A program made the translations under genes and the position numbers. From an uncultured Gemmatimonadales bacterium (lineage in GTDB: Bacteria; Gemmatimonadota; Gemmatimonadetes; Gemmatimonadales; GWC2-71-9), in assembly GCA_963798915.1 (NCBI GenBank), contig CAWCVB010000006.1:150856-214855 (forward strand): a stretch of 64,000 bases of DNA. The letters run 5' to 3'. The notes beneath the pieces were generated by a model, which had not been told where the DNA came from, did not search any database, and worked only from the letters and a program-made list of their open reading frames with translations. This document shows positions 9,505 to 20,874 of this stretch, piece after piece; within the stretch, counting starts at the first letter, position 1; the number at the start of each line of letters is the position of its first letter.

Positions 9505-11145
9505 TCAGATGCTCAGCGTGGACATCTCGGGCCGTCGTTCCAGCCAGAGAATGAAGAAGGTCCGCGTGACAAATACCGCGGTGATCATGGAGGCGATGAT
9601 GCCGAGGATCAGCGTGACCGCGAATCCCTTGACCGGGCCCGTCCCGAACTGGAAGAGGAAGAGCGCCGTCAGCACCGTGCTCACGTTGGAGTCCACGATG
9701 GCGTTCATCGCATGGCGGAAGCCCTCATCGACGGCCAGCCGCACGCTCTTGCCGTGCTGCAGCTCCTCGCGGATCCGCTCGAAGATCAGCACGTTGGCGT
9801 CGACCGCGATGCCTACCGAGAGGACCAGGCCGGCAAAACCGGGCAGCGTCAGCGTCGCATCCAGTGCCGCGAGGCCCGCCAGGGTGAAGAGCACGTAGAG
9901 GACGAGCGCCAGCACCGCGAGTGCCCCGCTGACACGATAGTAGACGAGCATGATCAGTACCACGAGCACCGTCCCGATGATGCCGGCCTTGATGCCCGCC
10001 GTGATCGAGTCGGCACCCAGGCTGGCGCCCACCTGGCCCTGCTCGACGATCTTGAGCGGAATCGGCAGCGCGCCAGCCCGGAGGGTCAGCGCCAGGTCCT
10101 GCGCGTCGCCGATCGACTTCCCCTGCAGGGTGATCCGTCCACTGCGCCCGATCCGGTCCTGGATGACGGGCGGCCGCCCCTGCACCGCGCCATCCAGCAG
10201 GATGGCCATGTAATCGCCAATGTGCCGGCCGGTCTCCTCGCCAAAACGCCGGCCGCCGGCGTGATCAAGCTCAAAATTCACGACCGGGCCGTTGGTGATC
10301 GGGTCCAGCTGGGCCTGGGCGTCCACCAGCCGGTCACCGGTGACCATGGCGCGGGTGTCAAGCGTATACAGGTAGCGGTACGACTCGACTCCAACGCTCA
10401 CCGGGAGGGAACTCCATCGCAGGGCCACCCCGCGAGGCAGTACTCGCTGCACCGACGGAATATTGATGAGACTGTCGACGCGGGGGTATGCGGTTTCCTT
10501 GACCAGGTACTCGCCCGGCATCTGTCCCGATGGCTGAATCAGGTCTTCCAGCACGCCGCCCGCCGCTGCGGCGGTGTCGGCAGCCGTGGAGTCGGCCGCG
10601 TTCGTGGAGTCACCGCCCAGCAGCTGTTGCACCGCCGAAGGCCTGGCGGGTGCCGCACCCGGGCCCCCCGTTACGCCCAGCGTCCGCAGCTCGCGGTCCA
10701 TGGCGGGAAGCGCATTCTCGAGCGCATTGCTCTTGTCGGTGAGCCGGAATTCGAGGAAGGCGCTGCGCTCGACAATGGCCTTGGCGCGCTCGGGATCGGT
10801 GATGCCGGCCAGCTCGACAACGATGCGGTCGTCACCCTGCTGCTGGATGAGCGGCTCCTCGACCCCGAATTCGGCAATGCGCTTGCGGAGCACCTGGAGC
10901 GCGAGCCCGATATCACGCTTCACGTCGCTGCTGACCTGCTTGCTCTGGTCCAGTTCGAGCTCGAGGTGCATGCCGCCCTGGAGGTCGAGCCCGAGCTTGA
11001 TGGGGATGCGCCGTTCCACGGTATCACGGATGACGTTGTTCTCGCCCCGGATCCGTGAGGTGACGGTTCGGGGAAAGAGGAAATACCCACTCGCCACGAG
11101 AAGCACGCCGATGATGATCAGCCGATTGCGGATAGAATCGAACAT
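9505..11145 (-). CDS. secD: Protein translocase subunit SecD
   Basis: LGLDLQGGMHLELELD, periplasmic domain, and C-terminal TM bundle with LPGFAGLVLSVGIAVDANVLIFERIREE. Confidence 0.9.
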   Translation of the reverse strand: MFDSIRNRLIIIGVLLVASGYFLFPRTVTSRIRGENNVIRDTVERRIPIKLGLDLQGGMHLELELDQSKQVSSDVKRDIGLALQVLRKRIAEFGVEEPLIQQQGDDRIVVELAGITDPERAKAIVERSAFLEFRLTDKSNALENALPAMDRELRTLGVTGGPGAAPARPSAVQQLLGGDSTNAADSTAADTAAAAGGVLEDLIQPSGQMPGEYLVKETAYPRVDSLINIPSVQRVLPRGVALRWSSLPVSVGVESYRYLYTLDTRAMVTGDRLVDAQAQLDPITNGPVVNFELDHAGGRRFGEETGRHIGDYMAILLDGAVQGRPPVIQDRIGRSGRITLQGKSIGDAQDLALTLRAGALPIPLKIVEQGQVGASLGADSITAGIKAGIIGTVLVVLIMLVYYRVSGALAVLALVLYVLFTLAGLAALDATLTLPGFAGLVLSVGIAVDANVLIFERIREELQHGKSVRLAVDEGFRHAMNAIVDSNVSTVLTALFLFQFGTGPVKGFAVTLILGIIASMITAVFVTRTFFILWLERRPEMSTLSI

Positions 11146-11175
11146 GGCCGCCCAGAGACGCGGGCCAAGCGCCCG

Positions 11176-12075
11176 CTAAGGTTCCAGTTGCACCCGGGCC
11201 AAAGCTGCCCGGGCGTCGGCGCCATCGCGCGCCAGTTGTGCCACCAGCTCCTCCGCCGATGCGAACCGGCGGATGTCGCGCAGACGATGCAGCCAGGTCA
11301 GCCGCACCCGCTGACCGTAGAGCTGCCCGGCAAAGTCGAACAAGTGCGCCTCCAGGGTCCGCGGGGCCTCATCAAATGTCGGCCTGGCGCCCTGGTTCAT
11401 CATGCCGCCGAAGCGCCCGTGTCGCGTCTCCACCTGGACCGCGTATACCCCGTCCGGCGGCAGCAGCTTCCGTGAGGGCACTTCGGCAAGGTTGATGGTC
11501 GGGACGCCCAATCCCCGGCCGCGCCCTGCCCCGGCGACCACGACGCCGCTCACCGTGTACCGTCGCCCCAGCAACCGCGCCGCCGAGTTCAGGTCGCCGC
11601 CGGCCACGGCGCGGCGGATTCGCGAGCTCGAGACATGAGCGCTGTCCGCACCGACCGCCTGCACCACGTCCACTGCGAATCCGTGCCGCCTGCCCAGCTC
11701 GCGCAACGTCGACTCATCACCACTGCGTCCGTGACCGAAGCGGTGGTCATGGCCGATCACCAGTTCGCGCATGCCCAGCTGCGCCAGCAGGAGATCGCGC
11801 ACGAACGCCTCGGGGGTCAGCGCCGCAAGCGCCCGGTCAAACGGGAGCACCACCACGCGATCGACACCGATGGTGGCGAGCGCCTCGAGTCGTTCGGCCC
11901 CGGGCGTGAGCAACGGCGGGGCGGCCTGCGGATTCACGACCTGGAGCGGGTGTGGCTCAAAGGTCACCAGAACGCTTTGGGCCCGCCGGGCCTCAGCTCG
12001 CCGCTTGATCTCGTCGATGACGGCGCGATGCCCCGGGTGCACACCGTCAAACGACCCGACCGTGACGACGCTCAT
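11176..12075 (-). CDS. ribF: Bifunctional riboflavin kinase / FAD synthetase
   Basis: VTVGSFDGVHPGHRAV.., ..GHDHRFG.., C-terminal riboflavin kinase GxxxGxPTINL...RPTF. Confidence 0.9.
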   Translation of the reverse strand: MSVVTVGSFDGVHPGHRAVIDEIKRRAEARRAQSVLVTFEPHPLQVVNPQAAPPLLTPGAERLEALATIGVDRVVVLPFDRALAALTPEAFVRDLLLAQLGMRELVIGHDHRFGHGRSGDESTLRELGRRHGFAVDVVQAVGADSAHVSSSRIRRAVAGGDLNSAARLLGRRYTVSGVVVAGAGRGRGLGVPTINLAEVPSRKLLPPDGVYAVQVETRHGRFGGMMNQGARPTFDEAPRTLEAHLFDFAGQLYGQRVRLTWLHRLRDIRRFASAEELVAQLARDGADARAALARVQLEP

Positions 12076-12923
12076 GGCGGATCGACCAGCACGACAGTGG
12101 GACGGAGCACCACGCCCGTGGTCGCTCCTATGCCGATCAGCCGCTCCTCATCCCGGACTGCGACCGCCTCCGCAATCTCGCTGGTCCAGGCGACCGGGCG
12201 TCCGTGGCAGAAGTCCGCCGCGAGCGCTCCGGACAGCCCAACAGACGGCATTGCCTCGAGCACCGCATCGGCCGGTCGGAGCGAGACGCCGGAAAGAACC
12301 GCGTCGAGTGGCAGGGCCGACGACACGTCCATCGCTCCGATGCATTCCCGCCGGAGCGCTGTCAGGTGTGCCCCGGTACCGAGCATCTCGCCAAGATCGC
12401 GGGCGATGGCGCGAAGATACGTGCCCCGCCCCACCCGCGCCCGGAACGTCACCTCGTCATTCCGGCGCCCGAGGAACTCCAGTGCATGGACTCTGACGGC
12501 CACGTCCGGCAATGGCACCGCCTGGCCACGTCGTGCCAGCTGGTAGCTTCGGCGTCCATCCACGTGCTTGGCCGAGAACGCGGGAGGGCGCTGGAGGCGT
12601 TCACCAATCAAGCCCGAAAAGGCGCCGGCGATCGCCTCGTCGGTGACCGCGAGTGACGTTCCGCCGATGACGGTACCGGTGAGGTCATCAGTGTCGGTGG
12701 TGACGCCCAGTCGCGCCGTCGCCCGATAGACCTTGTCCTGACCTTCGACGTAGCGCGCCAGCCGTGTCGCCCGCCCCGCCAGGACAACGAGCAGTCCGGT
12801 TGCAAAGGGGTCGAGGGTGCCGGTGTGCCCGACCCGGCGAATGCCCAGTGCCTTCCGCACCCGGGCGACGACATCATGCGAGGTTGGGCCCGCCGGCTTG
12901 TCGATGAGCAAAGCGCCCGTCAG
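12072..12923 (-). CDS. truB: tRNA pseudouridine(55) synthase
   Basis: LIDKPAGPTSHDVV..VGHTGTLDPFATGLL. The track starts at TTG 12911. I extend to CTG 12923 (see finding), because GAGGA-N6 precedes it and the conserved G-x-L-L-x-DKP N-terminus is only encoded from there. Confidence 0.9.
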   Translation of the reverse strand: MTGALLIDKPAGPTSHDVVARVRKALGIRRVGHTGTLDPFATGLLVVLAGRATRLARYVEGQDKVYRATARLGVTTDTDDLTGTVIGGTSLAVTDEAIAGAFSGLIGERLQRPPAFSAKHVDGRRSYQLARRGQAVPLPDVAVRVHALEFLGRRNDEVTFRARVGRGTYLRAIARDLGEMLGTGAHLTALRRECIGAMDVSSALPLDAVLSGVSLRPADAVLEAMPSVGLSGALAADFCHGRPVAWTSEIAEAVAVRDEERLIGIGATTGVVLRPTVVLVDPP

Positions 12924-13282
12924 TGCTGTTCCTCGCGCCGCAGGTCCGCCAGAATCTGTTCAATCCGCTGGGCGTGCTCCAGGCCTCGATCGAGCTCCAT
13001 GTGCAGCTCCGGCACGGAGCGCGTCGTGAGCACCTTGGCCACGAGGCTGCGCAGGTAGCCGGCCGCGCTCTCGAGGCCCTCCATCGCACGTTCGCGTTCG
13101 GCGTCATCACCCAGCGGGCTGACGAAGACCTTGGCATGGGACAAGTCGGCGGTGACGTCCACGCGCGTGACCGTGACCAGCCCGATGCGCGGGTCCCGGA
13201 GTTCACCCCGGCTGAGCGCGTCAGCGACGACCTGCCGGATCGTCTCGCCCACCTGCTCCGGGCGTCGCGATGAACCCTTCAC
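12920..13282 (-). CDS. rbfA: Ribosome-binding factor A
   Basis: RRPEQVGETIRQVVADAL...DPRIGLVTVTRVDVT.DL..AKVFVS. GTGA overlap with the upstream DUF503 gene. Confidence 0.9.
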   Translation of the reverse strand: MKGSSRRPEQVGETIRQVVADALSRGELRDPRIGLVTVTRVDVTADLSHAKVFVSPLGDDAERERAMEGLESAAGYLRSLVAKVLTTRSVPELHMELDRGLEHAQRIEQILADLRREEQH

Positions 13283-13560
13283 CGATATACCGTCACAGAA
13301 TCCATGATGCGTACCCCATCTGCGGCTTCAACGAGCCGGTCAGCATGCCGCAGTGTTTCCTCGACGACTCGTCGATCCGAGCCGATCGCCGCGCAGGCGA
13401 GTTCCGATTCCTGCCAGCGATCCTGCGACCCGGTCTCCGCGACAGAGACATTGCACTGCTGGCGCAATCTTGCCAGCAGTGGCTTGATAATGCTGCGCTT
13501 CTCCTTGAGCGAGTGACAGCCCGCCAGGTGCACCTGCCACTCGCTGATTCCCACCAGCAC
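13279..13560 (-). CDS. DUF503 family protein (YlxP-like)
   Basis: VLVGISEWQVHLAGCHSLKEKRSIIKPLLARLRQ... is typical DUF503. It occupies the usual position between infB and rbfA. GTG 13560 lies just after the infB stop. Confidence 0.7.
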   Translation of the reverse strand: MLVGISEWQVHLAGCHSLKEKRSIIKPLLARLRQQCNVSVAETGSQDRWQESELACAAIGSDRRVVEETLRHADRLVEAADGVRIMDSVTVYR

Positions 13561-13561
13561 G

Positions 13562-16281
<2,720 letters not shown>

Positions 16282-16282
<1 letters not shown>

Positions 16283-16599
16283 TACTTGCCTCCCTCACGG
16301 GCGTCCGGTGCCAGGGCCACCAGGCCACTGGCTAATGCGCGATCCCGGACACCGACCGCCATCACCGGCGGTTTTCCCAGCTGGACGCCGATCGCGGCGG
16401 CGGCCGGTCCGGCGAGCAGCGGCACGTGACGTGCTCCTGCCAACCGCACCACCTTGTCGCGTGTCCGCGCACTGGCATCGCCAGCGAGCACCACGCAAAA
16501 CAACCGATCCTGCTGCAGCGCACGCCGGACCGCGTCGGTCCCGACCACCAGCATGCCTCCGTTGCGCCCCAGCCCCAGCAAACCCAGCAGCGCACTCAC
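16282..16599 (-). CDS. L7Ae-fold ribosomal-protein-like protein (YlxQ-like)
   Basis: ~105 aa, Ala/Gly/Val-rich, with ..VVGTDAVRRALQQDRLFCVVLAGDAS... Conserved position between nusA and infB. GTGA overlap with the nusA stop. Confidence 0.65.
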
Positions 16600-17915
16600 G
16601 CGGCGCCGCTGCTCTCCTCGCCATCTTCATCCGCCAGTTCGGACAGAAAGGCCATCAGCGCCTCCACCTGCTCGGGCGCCAGGCCCGGCACGGCGGCCAG
16701 CTCCTCGCGGTCCAGGTCGAACACGTCTTCCAGCGTGTTGTAACCGGCGCCAGCCAGGATGGCGACGATTTCGGGCGTCAGGCCTTCCAGCTCCGCCAGC
16801 GGCACCTGCGAAGCCGCCGCATCCTCGGGAGGCAGTGGGGCGAACAGCGGACCCTCGCCGCCCCGCTCCATCCATTCGCGACTGGAGTAGAGATCGATCT
16901 TCCAGCCGGTGAGCTCCGAGGCCAGCCGGACGTTCTGTCCATTGCGGCCGATGGCGAGCGACAACTGATCTTCATCCACCACCGCCTGAATGGTCTTGGC
17001 GGCGGAATCGGCGAAGACCTTGGCCACGCGGGCCGGCGCCAGTGCCAGGCGGGCGAAACGCTCGGGGTCAGGCGACCAGGGGACGATGTCGATCCGCTCG
17101 CCGCCCAGTTCGTTGACGACCGCCTGAACTCGGGAACCCTTGAGGCCGACGCAGGCGCCCACCGGATCAATGGCATCGTCGCGCGAAATGACGGCCACCT
17201 TGGTCCGGCTGCCCACTTCGCGCGCGATGGCCCGGATCTCGACGATCTGCTGCTGGATTTCCGGCACTTCGAGCTTGAAGAGCGCCTTGACGAACAGCGG
17301 ATCAGCACGGCTCAGGATGAGCCGGGGCCCCTTGGGCGTCTCTTCCAGGCGCTTGAGCACCGCCCGCATCGTGTCGCCCTGGTGGAAATGCTCGCGGTGG
17401 TTCTGCTCGCGGTACGGCATGATCGCCTCCGCCTCGCGGAACTTGTTGAGCATCACGACCAGCTTGCCGCGCTCGATCTGCTGGATTTCACCCGCCAGCA
17501 GCTCGCCGACCCGGTCGGCGAACTCCTCGCGGATGCGCATCCGCTCGCCTTCGCGCACCCGCTGGATGATCCGCTGCTTGGCCGCCTGCACCGCGAGCCG
17601 GCCGAACTCCTGGAAGGGAACCTCCTCTTCCAGCATGTCACCGACCTGGAACTCCGGATCAATGAAGCGCGCCTCCTCGACCGAGACCTGCGCACTGGCA
17701 TCTTCAACGAGTTCCACCACCTGGCGAAGTCGAATGATCTCGATCGAACCATTGAGTTCATCGACATTGAGTTCGAACCGCACGTTGGGGCCGTACTTGC
17801 GGACCAGCGCGGCGTGGATGCCGTCGCGCAGGAGATCGAGCAGGTCGGACCGCTCGAGCTGCTTGGTGCTGGTGAGCTCGCGGAAGGCCGCGAGCATCTC
17901 GGTGGAACCTGACAT
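16596..17915 (-). CDS. nusA: Transcription termination/antitermination factor NusA
   Basis: MSGSTEMLAAFRELTSTKQLERS.., S1 and KH domains, and a C-terminal HhH acidic repeat. Trimmed from the track ORF (18203) to ATG 17915, which has AGGAG upstream. Confidence 0.92.
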   Translation of the reverse strand: MSGSTEMLAAFRELTSTKQLERSDLLDLLRDGIHAALVRKYGPNVRFELNVDELNGSIEIIRLRQVVELVEDASAQVSVEEARFIDPEFQVGDMLEEEVPFQEFGRLAVQAAKQRIIQRVREGERMRIREEFADRVGELLAGEIQQIERGKLVVMLNKFREAEAIMPYREQNHREHFHQGDTMRAVLKRLEETPKGPRLILSRADPLFVKALFKLEVPEIQQQIVEIRAIAREVGSRTKVAVISRDDAIDPVGACVGLKGSRVQAVVNELGGERIDIVPWSPDPERFARLALAPARVAKVFADSAAKTIQAVVDEDQLSLAIGRNGQNVRLASELTGWKIDLYSSREWMERGGEGPLFAPLPPEDAAASQVPLAELEGLTPEIVAILAGAGYNTLEDVFDLDREELAAVPGLAPEQVEALMAFLSELADEDGEESSGAA

Positions 17916-17934
17916 CCTTCGTTCGCTCCTGGAC

Positions 17935-17969
17935 GAGTCGTACGACGTTCGTCGTACGACGTATGACCC
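17935..17969. repeat. Tandem 14-nt-spaced copies of GTCGTACGACGT (palindromic core GTCGTACGAC) in the nusA leader
   Basis: Copies at 17937-17948 and 17951-17962 are identical. They read as heptads GAGTCGT ACGACGT TCGTCGT ACGACGT ATGACCC. The repeat lies 20-47 nt upstream of the nusA ATG. Confidence 0.8.
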
Positions 17970-18141
17970 ATACCCAAAAATCCGCCGTGACCCAGGGCCC
18001 GGCAGGCTGGCGACTGACTCGATTCGCACCTGAAGGAGAGGACGACGACGTGCCTCGTCCACCGAAGGTCGGCGGAGTGACTTCCGCTCCCCCAGGGGGG
18101 ACCGGATGGCGCAAGACACGTGTCCCTGGGCATGCGATCCG

Positions 18142-18171
18142 AAAAAAAATGTGGGGGAAACACCCCCACAT
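18142..18171 (-). terminator. Rho-independent terminator downstream of pgeF
   Basis: 9-bp stem ATGTGGGGG/CCCCCACAT (18149-18171) with a 5-nt loop. It is followed on the minus strand by a U8 tract (A run 18142-18149 on +). Confidence 0.8.
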
Positions 18172-18214
18172 CCGCAGCAGCGACCCGGGTGGGCCGACCA
18201 CACAGCACAAGAAA

Positions 18215-19039
18215 CTACCCCATGCCCGGGGTGACGTCAACACCGTCGGGCAGACCCAGATACGCGACCATGCGTCCGTCGATCCCGCCTGAGGCACGGT
18301 GGCTGTAGAACAACGGACGATGATGAGCCGTGCACCATGACGACGTGGTCATCTCACCGACGCCAGCCGCATGGCCCTGTTCGATCAGCCGCTCCCGAAG
18401 GTCCACGTGCCAAGGTCCCCGGTCATCCCCCCGCAGGCCGACCGCTTCCAGCACTTCAGGTCCCACTTCATAGCATGGCCCGCAGATGCTTACCCCACAA
18501 TGCATTACGAGATCGCCCGGGTTGACCCCAGCGTGCGCCTTCAGGAGCGCCAGTCCGCGGTCGAGGACGCCGGCGGCGGTGCCGCGCCAGCCGGCGTGCA
18601 ACAGGGCGATCACCCGCTGTTCCGGCGCCAGCAGGTACACCGGAACGCAGTCCGCCACGGTCACGGCGAGCAGCAGACCTGGTGTTGCGGTCGCGTGGCC
18701 ATCCACGCCCTCGACCTGCACCCAGCCAGTGGCGCGCTCGTGCCAGACCACGTCGGTGCCATGGACCTGGGTACCAAGCACGACGCTCGAAAAGCCGGCG
18801 AGCGTCGAGCGGAATGCCCGCCACCGACCCATGACCTCTCCAGCCGGTGCGTCGGTCCAGAGGCCAAGGTCAAAGCCGCGGCCGGGAGCGTCACCACGCC
18901 CCGTGATGCCTGCGGTGACGCCGAAGCGCTGACCCCATTCCTCCAGCTCAAAGCGGGGCACCGGACCAGAGCGCGCTTGCTCAGTGCGGACGCCGACTAC
19001 CTCAGCCATCGCGGCGCTCGATGTCGGCGCCAAGCGCAC
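18215..19039 (-). CDS. pgeF: Peptidoglycan editing factor / laccase-domain protein (YfiH/PgeF, DUF152)
   Basis: TGRGD.., QVHGTDVV.., LLHAGWRGT and CGPCYEVG motifs. The start may be the internal ATG 19009, which shortens the overlap with murA. Confidence 0.8.
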   Translation of the reverse strand: MRLAPTSSAAMAEVVGVRTEQARSGPVPRFELEEWGQRFGVTAGITGRGDAPGRGFDLGLWTDAPAGEVMGRWRAFRSTLAGFSSVVLGTQVHGTDVVWHERATGWVQVEGVDGHATATPGLLLAVTVADCVPVYLLAPEQRVIALLHAGWRGTAAGVLDRGLALLKAHAGVNPGDLVMHCGVSICGPCYEVGPEVLEAVGLRGDDRGPWHVDLRERLIEQGHAAGVGEMTTSSWCTAHHRPLFYSHRASGGIDGRMVAYLGLPDGVDVTPGMG

Positions 19040-20288
19040 GGAGCCGTTCGTCGATCTTCTCGTAACCCCGCTCGATCTGGCCGATGTTATGAATGATGCT
19101 GGTGCCTTCCGCCGCGAGCGCGGCGGTGAGCATCGCCATCCCGGCCCGGATGTCGGGCGACTCCACTACCCCGCCCTTGAGGGCCGAAGGACCGGCGATG
19201 ACGGCCCGGTGTGGATCACACAGGACGATCCGCGCTCCCATCCCGATCAGCTTGTCCACGAAGAACAGGCGGCTCTCGAACATCTTCTCGAACACCAGCA
19301 GCATGCCGCTGCACTGGGTAGCACTCACGATGGTGGTCGACATGACGTCGGCCGGAAAGGCCGGCCAGGGCCCGTCCTCCAGCTTCGGCACGTGGCCCCC
19401 GAGATCGGGGCGGATGCGACGCTCCTGCCCCGGCGTCACATGCAACCGTGATCCGTCCAGCAGCGGACGGATGCCAAGCCGGTCAAATGCCAGCAGCGTG
19501 CTGCGCAGGTCTTCGCTGCGGACCGGTTCGATCGTAATGTCGCCGTTGGTGACCGCAGCAAGGCCGATGAAGCTGCCAATTTCGATGTGATCGGGACCGA
19601 TGGTGTAGGAGGCGCCGCCCAGCGGCCGCGACCCCTCGATGACATACACGTTTGAGCCGATGCCCTCAATCTGCGCGCCCATGGCCACCAGACACCGGGC
19701 CAGATCCTGCACATGCGGCTCGGCGGCCGCATTGCGAAGGACGGTGCGCCCACGCGCGAGCGTGGCGGCCATCAGCGCGTTTTCGGTTCCGGTGACGCTG
19801 GGCTCATCGAGGAAGATGTCGGTCCCGGTCAGCCCCTTGGGAGCTTCCAGTTCATAGCGGTCCCCCAGCTCGACTGTGGCTCCCAGTGCCTCGAGCGCCA
19901 GGAAATGGGTGTCCACCCGCCGTCGGCCGATGACATCGCCGCCGGGTGGCGGCAGCACGCACTGGCCGAACCTCGCCACCAGCGGCCCAGCCAGCAGAAT
20001 CGAGGCGCGGATCCGCGCGCAAAGGCCCGGATCCAGCGGCTTGGGCCTGACCGGCCGGGCATCGACCCGCAGGTGATTGGGACCGGTCCAGGCCACGTCG
20101 GCCCCCAGGTCCGCAAGCAGTTCGGCCATCGTGTCGACGTCGCGGATGCGCGGGACGTTATCCAGCTCGACCGGGCCATCGGCAAGGACCGTAGCGGCCA
20201 GTATGGGGAGTGCAGCGTTCTTGTTGCCAGCGGGACGGATGCTGCCGCGGAGCTGTCGGCCGCCCCGAACCAGAAAGTGTGGAGGCAT
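19002..20288 (-). CDS. murA: UDP-N-acetylglucosamine 1-carboxyvinyltransferase
   Basis: F.VRGG..L.G.I...GNKNAALPILAA.. and full-length MurA similarity. Start is ATG 20288 (the track uses TTG 20294). Confidence 0.92.
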   Translation of the reverse strand: MPPHFLVRGGRQLRGSIRPAGNKNAALPILAATVLADGPVELDNVPRIRDVDTMAELLADLGADVAWTGPNHLRVDARPVRPKPLDPGLCARIRASILLAGPLVARFGQCVLPPPGGDVIGRRRVDTHFLALEALGATVELGDRYELEAPKGLTGTDIFLDEPSVTGTENALMAATLARGRTVLRNAAAEPHVQDLARCLVAMGAQIEGIGSNVYVIEGSRPLGGASYTIGPDHIEIGSFIGLAAVTNGDITIEPVRSEDLRSTLLAFDRLGIRPLLDGSRLHVTPGQERRIRPDLGGHVPKLEDGPWPAFPADVMSTTIVSATQCSGMLLVFEKMFESRLFFVDKLIGMGARIVLCDPHRAVIAGPSALKGGVVESPDIRAGMAMLTAALAAEGTSIIHNIGQIERGYEKIDERLRALGADIERRDG

Positions 20289-20397
20289 GGCCAAAGCTCG
20301 CGACCTGCGGGGCCCGGGGTCAAGCGCAACCCAGTGAGCCAGGCCGGCGTGGGTTATGTTTCACCGGCAGGTCCGACGCCCGACAGGAGGCTGTTCC

Positions 20398-20874
20398 ATG
20401 CTGATGCTGCTGCAGCAGGCGGTGCCCGCGGCTCCCCAATGGATCGGGATCGTGATGGCGCTGTCGCTGGCCGTCATAGCGGTCGCGGTGCTCGCGCTTG
20501 TCGTGGGCGCCTTCCGGCTCACCATGCGACTGAGCTCAGAACTCGATGAGCGCCGCAACCTGATCAACAACTTGAGCCACGACGCGCAAGAAACAATGGA
20601 GAGCATTCGCAAGCTGGTCGCCGATGGCGAGGAGGTCACCACCATGGTCCGCGACGAAGCCCAAGCGTTCGCCCGGACCGGGCGCCGGCTTCGCCGCAAG
20701 GTGCGCCGCGGTGTCGATCGGATCGAAGCCAAGCTGGTGGACCTGGAGGCGATCTATGATGTCGTACACGAGGAGGTCGAGGAAACCGCGCTGGATGTCG
20801 CCACCGGGCTGCGCCGGTTTCGCCGCGGCCGCGGCATCGTCGGCCGCATGACGCGGTTCCTCCTTCGCCGATGA
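20398..20874 (+). CDS. Hypothetical single-pass membrane protein with coiled-coil (DUF948-like)
   Basis: One TM (WIGIVMALSLAVIAVAVLALVVGAF), then a charged helical region. AGGAGG lies 7 nt before ATG 20398. Confidence 0.4.
   Translation: MLMLLQQAVPAAPQWIGIVMALSLAVIAVAVLALVVGAFRLTMRLSSELDERRNLINNLSHDAQETMESIRKLVADGEEVTTMVRDEAQAFARTGRRLRRKVRRGVDRIEAKLVDLEAIYDVVHEEVEETALDVATGLRRFRRGRGIVGRMTRFLLRR

Noticed and set aside
17970-18141. Possible housekeeping ncRNA (SRP/4.5S, 6S, RNase P) in the nusA-pgeF gap
   Set aside because: I could not find the conserved SRP domain IV motif or other diagnostic sequences by eye. The region is better explained as a promoter plus structured leader. A covariance-model scan would be needed to be sure.
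17916-18203. N-terminal extensions in the ORF track (nusA to 18203, gatB to 24650, pcrA to 28553, miaA to 47290, scpA to 58675, ubiA-like to 42782, tatD to 8606, uppP to 44988, and others)
   Set aside because: These are longest-ORF artefacts. The extensions are Arg/Gly-rich, overlap the upstream gene, and end at internal ATG or GTG codons. Those internal codons coincide with ATGA/GTGA coupling, SD sequences and the family-typical N-termini.
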